Virus record (IMG/VR): IMGVR_UViG_3300037313_000882
Origin: a virus
Direction: 5' to 3' (one strand)
Length of the DNA: 57,270 bases
Positions within the stretch are counted from its first letter, which is position 1. Each line of letters opens with the position of its first letter. The notes beneath the pieces are model-generated. The model had not been told where the DNA came from. It searched no databases and worked only from the letters and a program-made list of their open reading frames with translations. Position numbers and translations under genes: made by a program. Positions 1 through 8,902 of this stretch are shown here, in pieces.

Positions 1-127
1 TCCCCATTCAGGCCGGACATAGAGGTAACCGAACAAGCAGTCCACGCGGTCCACGAACTGGTCGGTCGCCACGTTGTAGAAGTTCCGGATGACCCGGATC
101 GCCAGGCCATCGCTTTCCGCGCGGGCG
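1..127. repeat. Terminal direct repeat copy 1 (identical to 57144..57270); circular-closure overlap
   Basis: The first 127 nt (tccccattcaggccggacat...ttccgcgcgggcg) recur exactly as the last 127 nt of the window. Confidence 0.95.
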
Positions 128-1200
128 GCGTTGCCGTTGCCGGTCGGAAGCTTCAGGTCGGCGGTCGCCATGGTGACCATCTGCGGCACGTAGACGAAGT
201 TCTTCCGGTAGGTCTCGGAAGCGGTGTTCATCAGCGTGATCGCGGCGCCGTTGGCGGGAGAGCTGGCGCAGGTCTGGTACTGGACCTCGGCCCCGGCGGA
301 CGGACCCGAGGTGGCCGGCGCGATGATCGCCGGATAGATCGGGATCGAGGTCGCGCCCGAAGCCACGTCGGCGGTCACCACGAACATCTGAAGGACGCCG
401 TCGTCCTGCTTGGTCACGCGGTTGACGCTGTTGACGCCGGCGATGTGGATGAAATCGCCCTTCTTCAGCGTGCCGGTGATGGCGTTGGTGGTGAGCGTGG
501 TGCCCGATTGGCCGGCGCCGTTCACGGTCCCGGCGGAGAAGGTGCCGGTCGTGTGCATCAGCACGGTCTGGTCGCGGAACCAGCGGAAGTTCAGGGCTTG
601 GTAGACCTGGCCGGTGCGGTATTGGCGGCTGATGTCGGTCTGCGGATTGAACAGGCCCTGCATGGTGCCCACGGCGCGGGCCATGGTGCTGGGGCTGGTC
701 ATGGCGTTGCGGTCCATCTCCTGGGCCGAACGGGTGGTCAGCAGCGCGTCGGCGTCCAGGAAGGTCTGGGCGGTCGGGCTGATGATGGCGCCGTTGGAGT
801 CGGTGTTGGCGATGTAGTTCGAGATCCCGCCTTCCACACCGCTCATGACGGTCTTGGCCACGTTGCCGGCGAGGTTGTTCATCATCGGGGCGGCGACGCG
901 CTCCGAGAAGTCCTGCATGGACAGCGAGAGCTGGGCCGCGGTGAAGGTGGTGTCGACGTGGCGCTGGTACTGCACGACCAGGCTGGTGGACTGTTCGTTG
1001 GTGTCCTGAGCGCTCAGGGCCGGGCCGTCAGCGACGGTATAGTCGTTCGGCAGGCGGATGCGCAGGGTGTCGCCGATCTTCGCGCCTTCGACCGCGAACA
1101 TGCTGTCGTACTGCGTGTCGATGTTCTTGATGAAGTTGTTGCTGTTCTTGAACAGGCGAACAGCGAGGCGGGTGATCGCCAGGGTCGTCAGAAGGGCCAT
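1..1200 (-). CDS. Major capsid protein, P22 coat-protein-like; first 400 codons, continues across the circular junction to stop at 57120
   Basis: Manual translation from ATG at 1200: MALLTTLAITRLAVRLFKNSNNFIKNIDTQYDSMFAVEGAKIGDTLRIRLPNDY...NFYNVATDQFVDRVDCLFGYLYVRPEWG. It is absent from the ORF track because it runs off the window edge. It lies downstream of the scaffold gene. Confidence 0.8.
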   Translation of the reverse strand, partial: MALLTTLAITRLAVRLFKNSNNFIKNIDTQYDSMFAVEGAKIGDTLRIRLPNDYTVADGPALSAQDTNEQSTSLVVQYQRHVDTTFTAAQLSLSMQDFSERVAAPMMNNLAGNVAKTVMSGVEGGISNYIANTDSNGAIISPTAQTFLDADALLTTRSAQEMDRNAMTSPSTMARAVGTMQGLFNPQTDISRQYRTGQVYQALNFRWFRDQTVLMHTTGTFSAGTVNGAGQSGTTLTTNAITGTLKKGDFIHIAGVNSVNRVTKQDDGVLQMFVVTADVASGATSIPIYPAIIAPATSGPSAGAEVQYQTCASSPANGAAITLMNTASETYRKNFVYVPQMVTMATADLKLPTGNGNAARAESDGLAIRVIRNFYNVATDQFVDRVDCLFGYLYVRPEWG

Positions 1201-1250
1201 GGGTGCGGGCTCCAAAGCGGCCCGCGCGGTCGTGTGTTGGCAGGCCTCAA

Positions 1251-1301
1251 GCTGATGGGGTTTGGGTCCGACTGCCCGCGTCGGGTGTTAGGGCCATCAG
1301 C
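1251..1301 (-). promoter_or_regulatory. Structured element in the capsid 5' leader
   Basis: GCTGATGG (1251-1258) pairs with CCATCAGC (1294-1301), enclosing an inner CCGAC/GTCGG stem. A second GCGGGC/GCCCGC stem sits just 5' of the start codon. Confidence 0.35.
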
Positions 1302-1371
1302 GGTTTTAGGAGTCCGCAGGAACTCACCAGGGACTGTCGCGCCCAGAGCGGAAGCGTTGGCTTCGGGTACT

Positions 1372-1399
1372 ATAGTACCGTAAGTGGACTAATCGTCAA
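1372..1399 (-). promoter_or_regulatory. Sigma70-like promoter for the capsid gene (TTGACG-N16-TACTAT)
   Basis: The minus strand reads TTGACG (1399-1394), a 16-nt spacer, then TACTAT (1377-1372). It lies immediately downstream of a terminator. Confidence 0.45.
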
Positions 1400-1415
1400 G
1401 GCTGGGCCTGAGCAT

Positions 1416-1445
1416 GAAAAAGGGCGCCCCGCGAGGAGCGCCCGA
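1416..1445 (-). terminator. Rho-independent terminator between the scaffold region and the capsid gene
   Basis: The minus strand reads GGGCGCTCC-TCGC-GGGGCGCCC followed by TTTTT. Confidence 0.7.
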
Positions 1446-1494
1446 AGTCAATGCATCTTGGAGGAGCGCAGAGTCGCCCAGACCAGACGGCGCG

Positions 1495-1608
1495 TCAATG
1501 GTGGAACATGGCCCACAGCGTCAGGGCGACCACAACAGCCCCGCGCGCCTCGTTGAGCAGCACGAACGCCAATCCAACCTTGCCGATGGTGGGGAGGCGC
1601 AGGTTCAC
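1495..1608 (-). CDS. Small hydrophobic protein (37 aa, GTG start)
   Basis: GGAGGTGA junction gives an RBS plus a GTGA overlap with the upstream ORF. Translation: VNLRLPTIGKVGLAFVLLNEARGAVVVALTLWAMFHH. Confidence 0.3.
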   Translation of the reverse strand: MNLRLPTIGKVGLAFVLLNEARGAVVVALTLWAMFHH

Positions 1609-1751
1609 CTCCAACGCCCCTCGAATAGCCGCCGCGAGATGATCCGCTCCCGGTGATCGCGGGCCAATCGGCGCTTCACGATGATCCAGAACGCGACAAC
1701 CGAGGCCGTCAGCAGCGCTAAGCTTGCGAAGCCCCATACCAGCAGTTCCAT
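1605..1751 (-). CDS. Small membrane protein (48 aa)
   Basis: Manual translation MELLVWGFASLALLTASVVAFWIIVKRRLARDHRERIISRRLFEGRWR, with GGGGGA upstream of the ATG. Confidence 0.35.
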   Translation of the reverse strand: MELLVWGFASLALLTASVVAFWIIVKRRLARDHRERIISRRLFEGRWR

Positions 1752-1765
1752 GGTTCGTCCCCCAT

Positions 1766-1835
1766 CAAGGGTTGAATCGAACCATAACCTGACTCTGAGG
1801 TGAATCGGGAAGTGTTAAGGAATTATCAACCCTTG
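1766..1835. repeat. 10-bp inverted repeat CAAGGGTTGA/TCAACCCTTG in an AT-richer spacer
   Basis: Arms at 1766-1775 and 1826-1835. Two TGAATCG copies lie between them. Confidence 0.6.
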
Positions 1836-1840
1836 GGCGA

Positions 1841-2758
1841 TCAGCGCCGTGCGCCGTAGCGCTTCTCCTCCTCGCGGGCCATGCGGCGATCGAACTCGCG
1901 GAAGGCCTTGTCGCTGGGATCGTTGAGGAGCTGGTCCAGCGGCATTTCCTCGACGGTGTTGTGGCCGAGCGGCTTGATCGGGGCCGGCGCCTTGGAAATC
2001 ACCGGGGCCTTGGGCTTGGCGAGCTTGTCGGACAGGCCCTTAAGCTCCATGCCCAGCTCGACCGGCGTCAGTTCGAGGACGTGGGCCATCTGGTCCAGAT
2101 CCGCGCCGAGGGCGTAGTAGACGTCCGCAGCGTTCGGCAGGCGGGTGATGGCGTCGAAGATGTCCGGGCGCTGCTGGAGGTCGGTTCCGAAATTCTCGTT
2201 CACCTCGGCGAGCTTGGCGGTCCAGTCCTTGTACTTCGCGGCGCCATCGTCGAAGAGCTTGTCGGCGCGGGCGTTCAGATCGTTCTGTCGGGCGAGTTGC
2301 TGGGCGCGCTGGAGGACTTCGGCCTCGGTGTAGAGCTTGGGGGCGGTCTTGCCGTCTTCGCCCTCCTGGTTGCCGTAGAGAGCTTCCAGGGCCGCCGCAC
2401 GCTCTTCGGCCGCCTTGGCGCGCTCTTCGGCCGCCTTCTTCTCGGCGGTCACCTTGTCGATGCGCGCCTGGCGCCAGTCCTTACGGGGTTTGGGGGCTTC
2501 TTCGGTCGGGTCGGGCTCGCCCTCGCCTTCCGCAGCCGCTTCGGCGGCCGGCTCCGGCTCTGCGGCGGCTTCCTCGCGCTCCTCGTGGGCCTCCGGCTCG
2601 GGGTCGTGACTCTCGGGAGGTGCGGTCTCCTCGCGTTCGTCCAGGTCGGCGGTCAGCGGGGCCTCGCCGTAGCTGTTGGGGGCCTCGGCCGCGCCTTCGT
2701 CGGCGTCAGGAGCGTGGAAGGGCGTGCGGAGGACGAATTGGCCAGCGAAGGGCTTCAT
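1841..2758 (-). CDS. Scaffolding protein (putative)
   Basis: 305 aa, acidic and Ala/Glu-rich with a helical repeat (AEKKAAEERAKAAEERAAALEAL). It sits between portal and capsid and has an ATGA overlap with the upstream ORF. Confidence 0.6.
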   Translation of the reverse strand: MKPFAGQFVLRTPFHAPDADEGAAEAPNSYGEAPLTADLDEREETAPPESHDPEPEAHEEREEAAAEPEPAAEAAAEGEGEPDPTEEAPKPRKDWRQARIDKVTAEKKAAEERAKAAEERAAALEALYGNQEGEDGKTAPKLYTEAEVLQRAQQLARQNDLNARADKLFDDGAAKYKDWTAKLAEVNENFGTDLQQRPDIFDAITRLPNAADVYYALGADLDQMAHVLELTPVELGMELKGLSDKLAKPKAPVISKAPAPIKPLGHNTVEEMPLDQLLNDPSDKAFREFDRRMAREEEKRYGARR

Positions 2759-3078
2759 GCGGAAGTCTCATCATTAGGTTGGCGGGTCGGTCCCGCAGAG
2801 AGGAATGCGTAGAAGGCCTGGGCGCCATCCACGATCTCGACTCGGTTTCCCGCCTGACCCCAGACGCTCACAGCGAGTTGGAGCGCGGTCGCGCGCTGCA
2901 AGCCAGAAACCCCCGCCGATCTGCGCAACTCTTCGCGGGCTTCATAGCGTTCCTGCTCGGCGCGCTGCTCAGCTTGGATTTTCTCGTAATCCACGGCTGG
3001 TCCGCTCAGAACTTGGCCGCCGAGCAGGCGATCTCGGGCGGCACGAAGCCCGGCAATGGCGTCTTCCTCAAGCGTCAT
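2755..3078 (-). CDS. Hypothetical head-module protein (107 aa)
   Basis: ORF track. Translationally coupled within the head operon. Confidence 0.55.
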   Translation of the reverse strand: MTLEEDAIAGLRAARDRLLGGQVLSGPAVDYEKIQAEQRAEQERYEAREELRRSAGVSGLQRATALQLAVSVWGQAGNRVEIVDGAQAFYAFLSAGPTRQPNDETSA

Positions 3079-3080
3079 GG

Positions 3081-3434
3081 CTAATGCACTCTCCCTTCGA
3101 TCACGTCATCGACAAGATTGGCCGCCGGGTTGGACGCGGCGTTGAGCAGCAGGGCCTGGTAGATCTCCGCCTTCATGTGCGGCGAAACCACGCTGTCCGG
3201 CATTCCGAGCATGGCTGACAACTGCTCGCGCGCGGGTTGGATGAAAGAGGTCCAGCGCTTGCGGATGAAGGCGTTGATGTCCGGGTATCGGCGATAGAAG
3301 TCGTCATCGTGGGCGGCCTCTTCGTAGACCATTCCGGCGAACTCTTTCGCCAGGTCCGCCACCTGCTGATGGACGACGCCCTTGGCCTTTACAGGTGCAG
3401 GCTCGCCGGTGCGGAGACGGTGGAAGCGGCTCAT
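3081..3434 (-). CDS. Hypothetical head-module protein (117 aa)
   Basis: ORF track, with an ATGA overlap with the upstream small ORF. Confidence 0.6.
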   Translation of the reverse strand: MSRFHRLRTGEPAPVKAKGVVHQQVADLAKEFAGMVYEEAAHDDDFYRRYPDINAFIRKRWTSFIQPAREQLSAMLGMPDSVVSPHMKAEIYQALLLNAASNPAANLVDDVIEGRVH

Positions 3435-3565
3435 TTGATGATTTCACGCAAGATAGCGAGTGCGATGGCGGCGCGCTGCGGATCGGCTAGAATCACCACA
3501 AGGATCGCCGCCGCGGTCGACGTGGCGCCCCGCGCGAACCAGAAATGCGAAGATTGTTGGCTCAC
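3431..3565 (-). CDS. Small hydrophobic ORF (44 aa, GTG start)
   Basis: GTGA and ATGA overlaps with both neighbours. Translation: VSQQSSHFWFARGATSTAAAILVVILADPQRAAIALAILREIIK. Confidence 0.25.
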   Translation of the reverse strand: MSQQSSHFWFARGATSTAAAILVVILADPQRAAIALAILREIIK

Positions 3566-3735
3566 CCGTAAATCCCCTGGCGAAGGGCCTTGAGCTTGTC
3601 CACGAACACGGCAAACGCCAGAGACGCCTGAGCTTTGGCTAGCTGCATTGTGAGATCATCCGCCTGCATAGGGGTCTCAGACATCGCGTCGCGTACGTCT
3701 TCCGCAGCCTGGATGATGGCGTCTAGGTCGGTCAT
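3562..3735 (-). CDS. Small hypothetical protein (57 aa)
   Basis: ATGA overlap with the ORF at 3732..3944. Translation: MTDLDAIIQAAEDVRDAMSETPMQADDLTMQLAKAQASLAFAVFVDKLKALRQGIYG. Confidence 0.35.
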   Translation of the reverse strand: MTDLDAIIQAAEDVRDAMSETPMQADDLTMQLAKAQASLAFAVFVDKLKALRQGIYG

Positions 3736-3944
3736 GCGGCTTGCCCGATCAGCGCGATCCGAACCAGATTACCGTCGATATATTCGTAGACGGTTAGGTT
3801 CGTCGCCACGAACACCCGGTTGTCGTAGAGCAGCATGTTGACGACGCTCTCCCCCTTGGGGAAGGCATGCACCAACGTCAGACCTGGGTACGGAGCTGGT
3901 CCGCGCCGGACCATGGCATCCATCTGCTTTTCGGTCATCTCCAA
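3732..3944 (-). CDS. Hypothetical protein (70 aa)
   Basis: ORF track. Confidence 0.5.
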   Translation of the reverse strand: MEMTEKQMDAMVRRGPAPYPGLTLVHAFPKGESVVNMLLYDNRVFVATNLTVYEYIDGNLVRIALIGQAA

Positions 3945-3980
3945 GAGTCTAAACCTTGTTGAATCAAGCGTCTAGCGACT

Positions 3981-4592
3981 TCAGTACGGCTGCGACGGCA
4001 TGGCGTTGGCGTAGAAGCCCGGCGTCAGCATGGCGTTCTGTGTCGCGTACAGGCTCGCGGGCGAGAAGTCGGGGTGATAGGGCGTGCGATAGGCCTCGGG
4101 AAGCTGGCTTGCATAGTTCGGCTGGCCGTAGAGCTGGCTCGCCACCTGCCAGCCCAGGTCCCGCCATAGGCCGCGCGTGTCATAGGCCGGGGTTTGGCTG
4201 TTCGGGTCGGTCGGAATGTTCGAGGCCCGCACCCAATTGCGGAACTGCTGTTCCAGGCCGTAGGGGAGCTGGGTCATGTAGGGGCCGGGAACGGCATTGG
4301 CCGCGTTCTGCTGGTAGATCTGTTCCGGCTGGGCGACACGACGGTCACCCTCGGTCGCCATGACGGCGGCCTGCTCCGCTGGCGCGGGAGCGGGTGTCGG
4401 GGCAGGCGCTGGCGCTGGGGTCGCCGGGGCCGGTGTTTGCTGCACGCCGTTCACTTGTTCCCACTTGCTCTTGTAGTTCGGGGACTTGCCGTAATAGTTC
4501 CACGGATAGGGCTGCGTCGTCGCGGCCGAGGTCACGGGTTGCGAGGCCGTGGCCGGCGGAAGCATCTTGGTCGAAAGCATCGCGTCGGCCAT
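3981..4592 (-). CDS. Pro/Gln/Tyr-rich protein following the portal (203 aa)
   Basis: ORF track. Contains a PAPAPAPTPAPAP linker, and its start overlaps the portal stop. Confidence 0.55.
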   Translation of the reverse strand: MADAMLSTKMLPPATASQPVTSAATTQPYPWNYYGKSPNYKSKWEQVNGVQQTPAPATPAPAPAPTPAPAPAEQAAVMATEGDRRVAQPEQIYQQNAANAVPGPYMTQLPYGLEQQFRNWVRASNIPTDPNSQTPAYDTRGLWRDLGWQVASQLYGQPNYASQLPEAYRTPYHPDFSPASLYATQNAMLTPGFYANAMPSQPY

Positions 4593-6868
4593 CAGGCGTT
4601 CACTCCAAGCGGGGCGGTCGGGTCAGGAGACGGTTGCGGCTGGGCGAGAGCGGAGAGGTCCACCGGCGGCGCGCCTTGGGGTCCCTGCGGCATCGGAGCG
4701 CCCTCCCCTTCGCTCAGGGCGGCGTTCTGGCCGGGGCCTTCGGGAAGAACCGCGGCGGTCGTGTCGAGCGCAGGATCGAGCGCGCTTTCCGTCTGGACGG
4801 CCGATGTCAGGATTTCGCGGACCAGATTGAGCAGGTCTTGCGGGTCCATCGGCAGCGCGTCTTTCAGGGCCGCGAGACGACGCGTCTGGGCCTCGTAGCC
4901 CTTCACGGCGTTGGCCTCCTGGTCGTTGATGTGATCGGCGATCTTCGACGCCAGCTTGTCCTGCAAGCCCTGAACGACCGTGTTCATCTGCTGGACCTGC
5001 TGCTGAAGGGCCTGCACGTCCGGCGGCGTTCCATCTTCCAGGGCCTGCTGCGGGACCATGCGACGCAGGCGCTCGGCGGCTTCCTCCGCACCCGGGAAGT
5101 CCGCGAACCGCAGGGCGATGTCGCCGATAAGGCTCGTCAGTTCCTTGTTCTGCGTCAGGATTTGCGTATAGGCCGCAAAGGCTTCCTGGCGCCGGGTGGC
5201 GTAGGCCGCGCCCACGTCGGCGATGACATCGTACTTGCCCTTGTTCGGGTTGAAGATCACGATCTCAGTGTCCGGCCCCGTCTTCTCACGCACCAGGGCT
5301 TCCGGCGCGTTGGGGTCGATACGCACGTCGGATTCCAGTCCGGCCTCGTCGCGGATCGGGATCGTACGCGGGGTGTCGTAAACCTTGCCGATCAGGTCGA
5401 TGATCTGCTTGCCGCAGTAACGGATCATCGAGGCCTGGTGGTCCAGGTAGTGATAAGTCGCGTTGTCGCCCTGCCGCTGGCGCTGCATGATCGCGACGCC
5501 CGAGCGTTCGTTGGACGGGGCGCCCATGTCGGCTTGGTACTGGCCCGACGCCATGCGCATCCACTCGGCCGAGTCCTGCATGAGCTGGACATAGGCCGGC
5601 GCGCTCATCGGAGGAGCCTGGCGCTCTGGTCTGTCGAGCTTTGTGCCGTTTTCGGAAACCGCTTTATAGGCGAGCACGGCTTTGTTGACCGTATTCGCGT
5701 TTTCCCAATCAGTCTCGTAGCCTTCGATAGCCTCGGCGGCGGCGATATAGGGAATTTTACTCTGCAATCCGCCGTACTCGACAATGGAACTAGCAGACCA
5801 GTTGAACATCCGCTGAGGGTCGATCAGGGCGCGGGTGTGGCCCTTGCGGTCCATCTGGCCGTCGATCACCGTCTCTTCGCCCACGCAGCGCAGGAGCGGG
5901 ATGTAGCGGCCGGGCCAGACCTTCTCTTCGGCCAGCATGTCGCCGACGATCAGGAAGTGCTCGACGGTCGTGTCCTCGATGCTGCGGACCTTGGTGTCCG
6001 GCGCGTCGATGACCTGTTCCATCAGCTTCTTGTCGATCTCGTCTTCGTTGAGCACCTTGGGCTCGCCGGTGTTAGGATCGACAAAGGCGATGCGGCGCTT
6101 TTCCGACTTCACGCACCGGAAATACTCGGCCACCTTGACGTGATCGTCGTCGGCCCAGCTTTCCTCGGGCTTCAGCTCGGTGCTGCGCGCAATGTCCTTC
6201 AGCTTCGGATAGGTCCGGTCGAACTCGTCCTTCGGCATGTCGGTGAAGACGAAGCCGAACCGCGCATCCGAGCCGTCGAACTCGTTGATGTCGGGGTCGA
6301 GATAGACGCTCATCGGGTCCTTCACCCGACGAATGAAAATCTCCTGGTCGAAGCTGTCATCGTCCGCGTAGTCGGTCGCCAGGCGAATGAACCCGATCCC
6401 GCCTCTGACAGCGAAGGCCAGAGCGTGCTGATAGGCGCTGTCGGCGTTGGAGATGTACTCGATGTGGCGGATGATGCCGTCGTAGATCTGGGCGCTGTCG
6501 TAGCTCGCCCCATCCCGCAACGCGCGGACCTTGATGCTGACCTTGGACTGGCGCGCATCGTTCAGGACGTCGAGGTTGTGCTGTCTGATCTTGTTGATGG
6601 TCAGGCACGGCTGGCCGGAGCGCGACGACAGGACGTCGGTCGGCCATTGCCACTGATTGTAGGCGTCGGCGGCGTCGAGGCGGATGTCTTCCTTGAAGCG
6701 GCCCCGGAAGGTCGCCTCCCACGATTCCGCACGCCGAAACCTTTCGCGCGCTTCGGTAAGGATCTTTTGCTTTTCGGCCTCACTGCGCTTGCCGAGCATT
6801 CCAAACGCGCGCGGCGCATCGTCCTCGCGCTCTTCGGGCGGCTCGGTGTCGTCGCGCTCAGTCGCCAT
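4592..6868 (-). CDS. Portal protein (P22-like family)
   Basis: 758 aa. N-terminal region ...RFRRAESWEATFRGRFKEDIRLDAADAYNQWQWP...CLTINKIRQH... is typical of P22/Sf6-type portals. It lies downstream of terL. Confidence 0.85.
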   Translation of the reverse strand: MATERDDTEPPEEREDDAPRAFGMLGKRSEAEKQKILTEARERFRRAESWEATFRGRFKEDIRLDAADAYNQWQWPTDVLSSRSGQPCLTINKIRQHNLDVLNDARQSKVSIKVRALRDGASYDSAQIYDGIIRHIEYISNADSAYQHALAFAVRGGIGFIRLATDYADDDSFDQEIFIRRVKDPMSVYLDPDINEFDGSDARFGFVFTDMPKDEFDRTYPKLKDIARSTELKPEESWADDDHVKVAEYFRCVKSEKRRIAFVDPNTGEPKVLNEDEIDKKLMEQVIDAPDTKVRSIEDTTVEHFLIVGDMLAEEKVWPGRYIPLLRCVGEETVIDGQMDRKGHTRALIDPQRMFNWSASSIVEYGGLQSKIPYIAAAEAIEGYETDWENANTVNKAVLAYKAVSENGTKLDRPERQAPPMSAPAYVQLMQDSAEWMRMASGQYQADMGAPSNERSGVAIMQRQRQGDNATYHYLDHQASMIRYCGKQIIDLIGKVYDTPRTIPIRDEAGLESDVRIDPNAPEALVREKTGPDTEIVIFNPNKGKYDVIADVGAAYATRRQEAFAAYTQILTQNKELTSLIGDIALRFADFPGAEEAAERLRRMVPQQALEDGTPPDVQALQQQVQQMNTVVQGLQDKLASKIADHINDQEANAVKGYEAQTRRLAALKDALPMDPQDLLNLVREILTSAVQTESALDPALDTTAAVLPEGPGQNAALSEGEGAPMPQGPQGAPPVDLSALAQPQPSPDPTAPLGVNA

Positions 6869-6928
6869 TCTAATCCCTACCGATTTGGTAGAGTATATCG
6901 ATGTGACGGAAAACGTCCACTGTTTGGA

Positions 6929-7303
6929 CTAGTTAACCGGCCACGTTCTCCTCAAGGGCATAGAGGACATCAAACCGGTGGACGTGCTGGTCCTGGCGAG
7001 CTGAGCGCCCTTCCAGGTAGCGTACCTGAATATCCCCTTTTTCGCGAGCGCCGCAGGACATTGCTGGGGCAATCGCAGAGCGCGCAAGAATCGCGCGTTG
7101 GCCGGTATCGCTAGCGCTAACTCCCTCATTGCCTCTTCAATGCAGCCTTTCGTTAGGGCTGGCGCTTCCATGTACGACTGACGTAGGCAAGGGACTTCCT
7201 CATTGTCGTCGGCCACGAGAAACTCTATCGGCGCGGCCAAGCCTCTGGCTCGCGCCTCCGCGAAACAAAGGACAGCGAAGCGTGCGGCGGCGTGCGGTGT
7301 CAT
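6929..7303 (-). CDS. Hypothetical protein inserted between terL and portal (124 aa)
   Basis: ORF track. No recognisable motifs, and the region is locally AT-richer. Confidence 0.45.
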   Translation of the reverse strand: MTPHAAARFAVLCFAEARARGLAAPIEFLVADDNEEVPCLRQSYMEAPALTKGCIEEAMRELALAIPANARFLRALRLPQQCPAALAKKGIFRYATWKGAQLARTSTSTGLMSSMPLRRTWPVN

Positions 7304-7323
7304 GGCAGCGATTCTACCACGTT

Positions 7324-8628
7324 CTAGTTCCCCATCCAGGCCGTTGCGCCGGCCGCGAGGGGGCGTTTGGGCGGCGCAGGCTTCGCTGTGGCTTTGGGCT
7401 CTTCATAGGCCACGCACATCAGCCCGAAGGCGTCGGCGCCGTGTGACGCCCAGTCGTGCTCAGGCCCAAGCCCGATCTCGCGCTTGTCGTCGCGCTTCTC
7501 GTGGTAGGCAGCCAGCGCCTCGACCCCAGCCTCTGTCGTCGCCTGGTTGATCCAGATGCGCGGGAACAGCCGGCGAGCCGCCTCCACGCGTTGCATGGCT
7601 GCCCCCCTCCCCTGGTTCTTCACCGTGCGCACCTCGAACCCTGCTTTGCGCAAGGCGTCCTCGTAGCGCGTGGAGAAGATCGTATCTGGATGGCTCGCGT
7701 CGTGCGGCAGCGTGCAGAGCGCCGAGCCATAGCCGCTCTCGCGCAGCCAATTGACGTAGTATGCCAAGGGCTGCCCCTGCGCCTCGTGATAGTCCAGCAC
7801 AGCGATCTTGTGACCGACGAACTGCGCGACCCAGATGGCCGTTGAGTCGGTCTGACCAAGGTCCCAGAAGGTCCGCAGCCGCATCAGCTCATCCTTGGGC
7901 ACGAAGCCTAGGCGCTTCTCGGCCTTCATCTGCGCGATCTGGGTCGCGAAATAGGCGCCCTCGAACACGGCCTTGAACCCTCCTTCCCAGATGTGGTCGT
8001 ATTGGTCCGGGCGCTCGGCTAGGTCTTTGAGCCGCTTGCGCTCCAGGATCGCGGGGAACCACGGATTGTCGCGCCAGTTCATCTCGGCGACACGGGTTCG
8101 CGGGTCCTTGGTTTCCCTGAACCGCTTGTGTGTGGCGCTGCGCTTGCTCTCCGGGTTCCACGTCACCCAAAGCTCGCTGTCTTCCTCACGAAGGGTCGGG
8201 TCCAGCTTCGCCCAGGCCTCTTCGGTGACGGGCTCGGCTTCGTCCACCCAGGCGAGCTTGATGCGTGACTTGGACTTCACGCTGTCGATGTTCCGATCGA
8301 GGCCCGTGAACGTGTAGCTGATGCGCCCGCAGGCCGTGCGTACGTACTTCTCGCCGATATCGAAGTGAGGTTTCAGCCATTCCGTTTCGCGGATCGCGGC
8401 CTTGATCTCTTCAAGAGAGCTGTCGGCCAAGGAGTTCATGAACTGGCGACCGCAGAGGATGATCCCTTCATCTCCGGCTTCGGCCCACATGTGAGCACGC
8501 ACGGCCGTCATCTTGGCGAAGGTGCGGCTCTTGGCTGAGCCCCGGCCGCCGTATGCGCCTCGGGTGTCGGCTTGGCCTTCGAACACCCATAGGAGCTTTT
8601 CGGGGATCTGAAGCCTAGCGACCTCCAT
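7324..8628 (-). CDS. terL: Terminase large subunit (PBSX/Terminase_3-like)
   Basis: 434 aa with Walker A GGRGSAKS and a KLAWVDEAE Walker B-like motif. The C-terminal nuclease region ends ...HGADAFG. Confidence 0.9.
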   Translation of the reverse strand: MEVARLQIPEKLLWVFEGQADTRGAYGGRGSAKSRTFAKMTAVRAHMWAEAGDEGIILCGRQFMNSLADSSLEEIKAAIRETEWLKPHFDIGEKYVRTACGRISYTFTGLDRNIDSVKSKSRIKLAWVDEAEPVTEEAWAKLDPTLREEDSELWVTWNPESKRSATHKRFRETKDPRTRVAEMNWRDNPWFPAILERKRLKDLAERPDQYDHIWEGGFKAVFEGAYFATQIAQMKAEKRLGFVPKDELMRLRTFWDLGQTDSTAIWVAQFVGHKIAVLDYHEAQGQPLAYYVNWLRESGYGSALCTLPHDASHPDTIFSTRYEDALRKAGFEVRTVKNQGRGAAMQRVEAARRLFPRIWINQATTEAGVEALAAYHEKRDDKREIGLGPEHDWASHGADAFGLMCVAYEEPKATAKPAPPKRPLAAGATAWMGN

Positions 8629-8902
8629 CCGGCCTCACGCCAACCAGTTCGATGCGACGGACGCTGGCGACCACGTTGGCCTCGACGTCGACAGCTTGCT
8701 TAGGCTTGCCGTGAGCGCGATCAAGAATGGCGTTCGCGGCAGCAACGCGTGCCGCTTCACTCTCCCCTTCCGTGGCGACCTGCACGAGGACTTGAAGCGC
8801 TTGTTCGCTGAAGACCTGGGCGGCCTCGCGAATATCAGCGGTCGCTCGATTCACCGCGCCTTGGGGGCGGCCTGATCCTTCTCGTTTTCCGCCGCGCGCC
8901 AT
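8615..8902 (-). CDS. terS: Terminase small subunit (putative)
   Basis: 95 aa with an N-terminal MARGGKREGSGRPQG DNA-binding-type motif. It lies directly upstream of terL and overlaps it. Confidence 0.55.
   Translation of the reverse strand: MARGGKREGSGRPQGAVNRATADIREAAQVFSEQALQVLVQVATEGESEAARVAAANAILDRAHGKPKQAVDVEANVVASVRRIELVGVRPDGGR

Noticed and set aside
1-127. The terminal repeat as a genuine phage direct terminal repeat or cos/pac feature
   Set aside because: It lies in the middle of the capsid coding sequence. Its length of exactly 127 nt is typical of assembler k-mer overlap on circular contigs.
445-1383. 312-aa + strand ORF over the start of the window
   Set aside because: It is antisense to the capsid gene. 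The composition is Gly/Arg/Val/His-rich and low in complexity. The minus frame gives a clean P22-coat-like protein.
1766-1790. T-arm-like GGTTCGATTCAACC sequence as a second tRNA
   Set aside because: Flanking bases do not form a T stem, and no acceptor or anticodon arms can be built.
4394-7114. 906-aa + strand ORF, the longest in that region
   Set aside because: It is antisense to the portal gene and Arg/Gly/Leu/Val-rich with no motifs. Such long open antisense frames are expected in high-GC DNA. The same reasoning applies to 1961..2812, 41839..42576, 42399..43487, 44789..46126, 46215..47108, 48152..49039, 49052..49894, 52289..53626 and 54498..55100.
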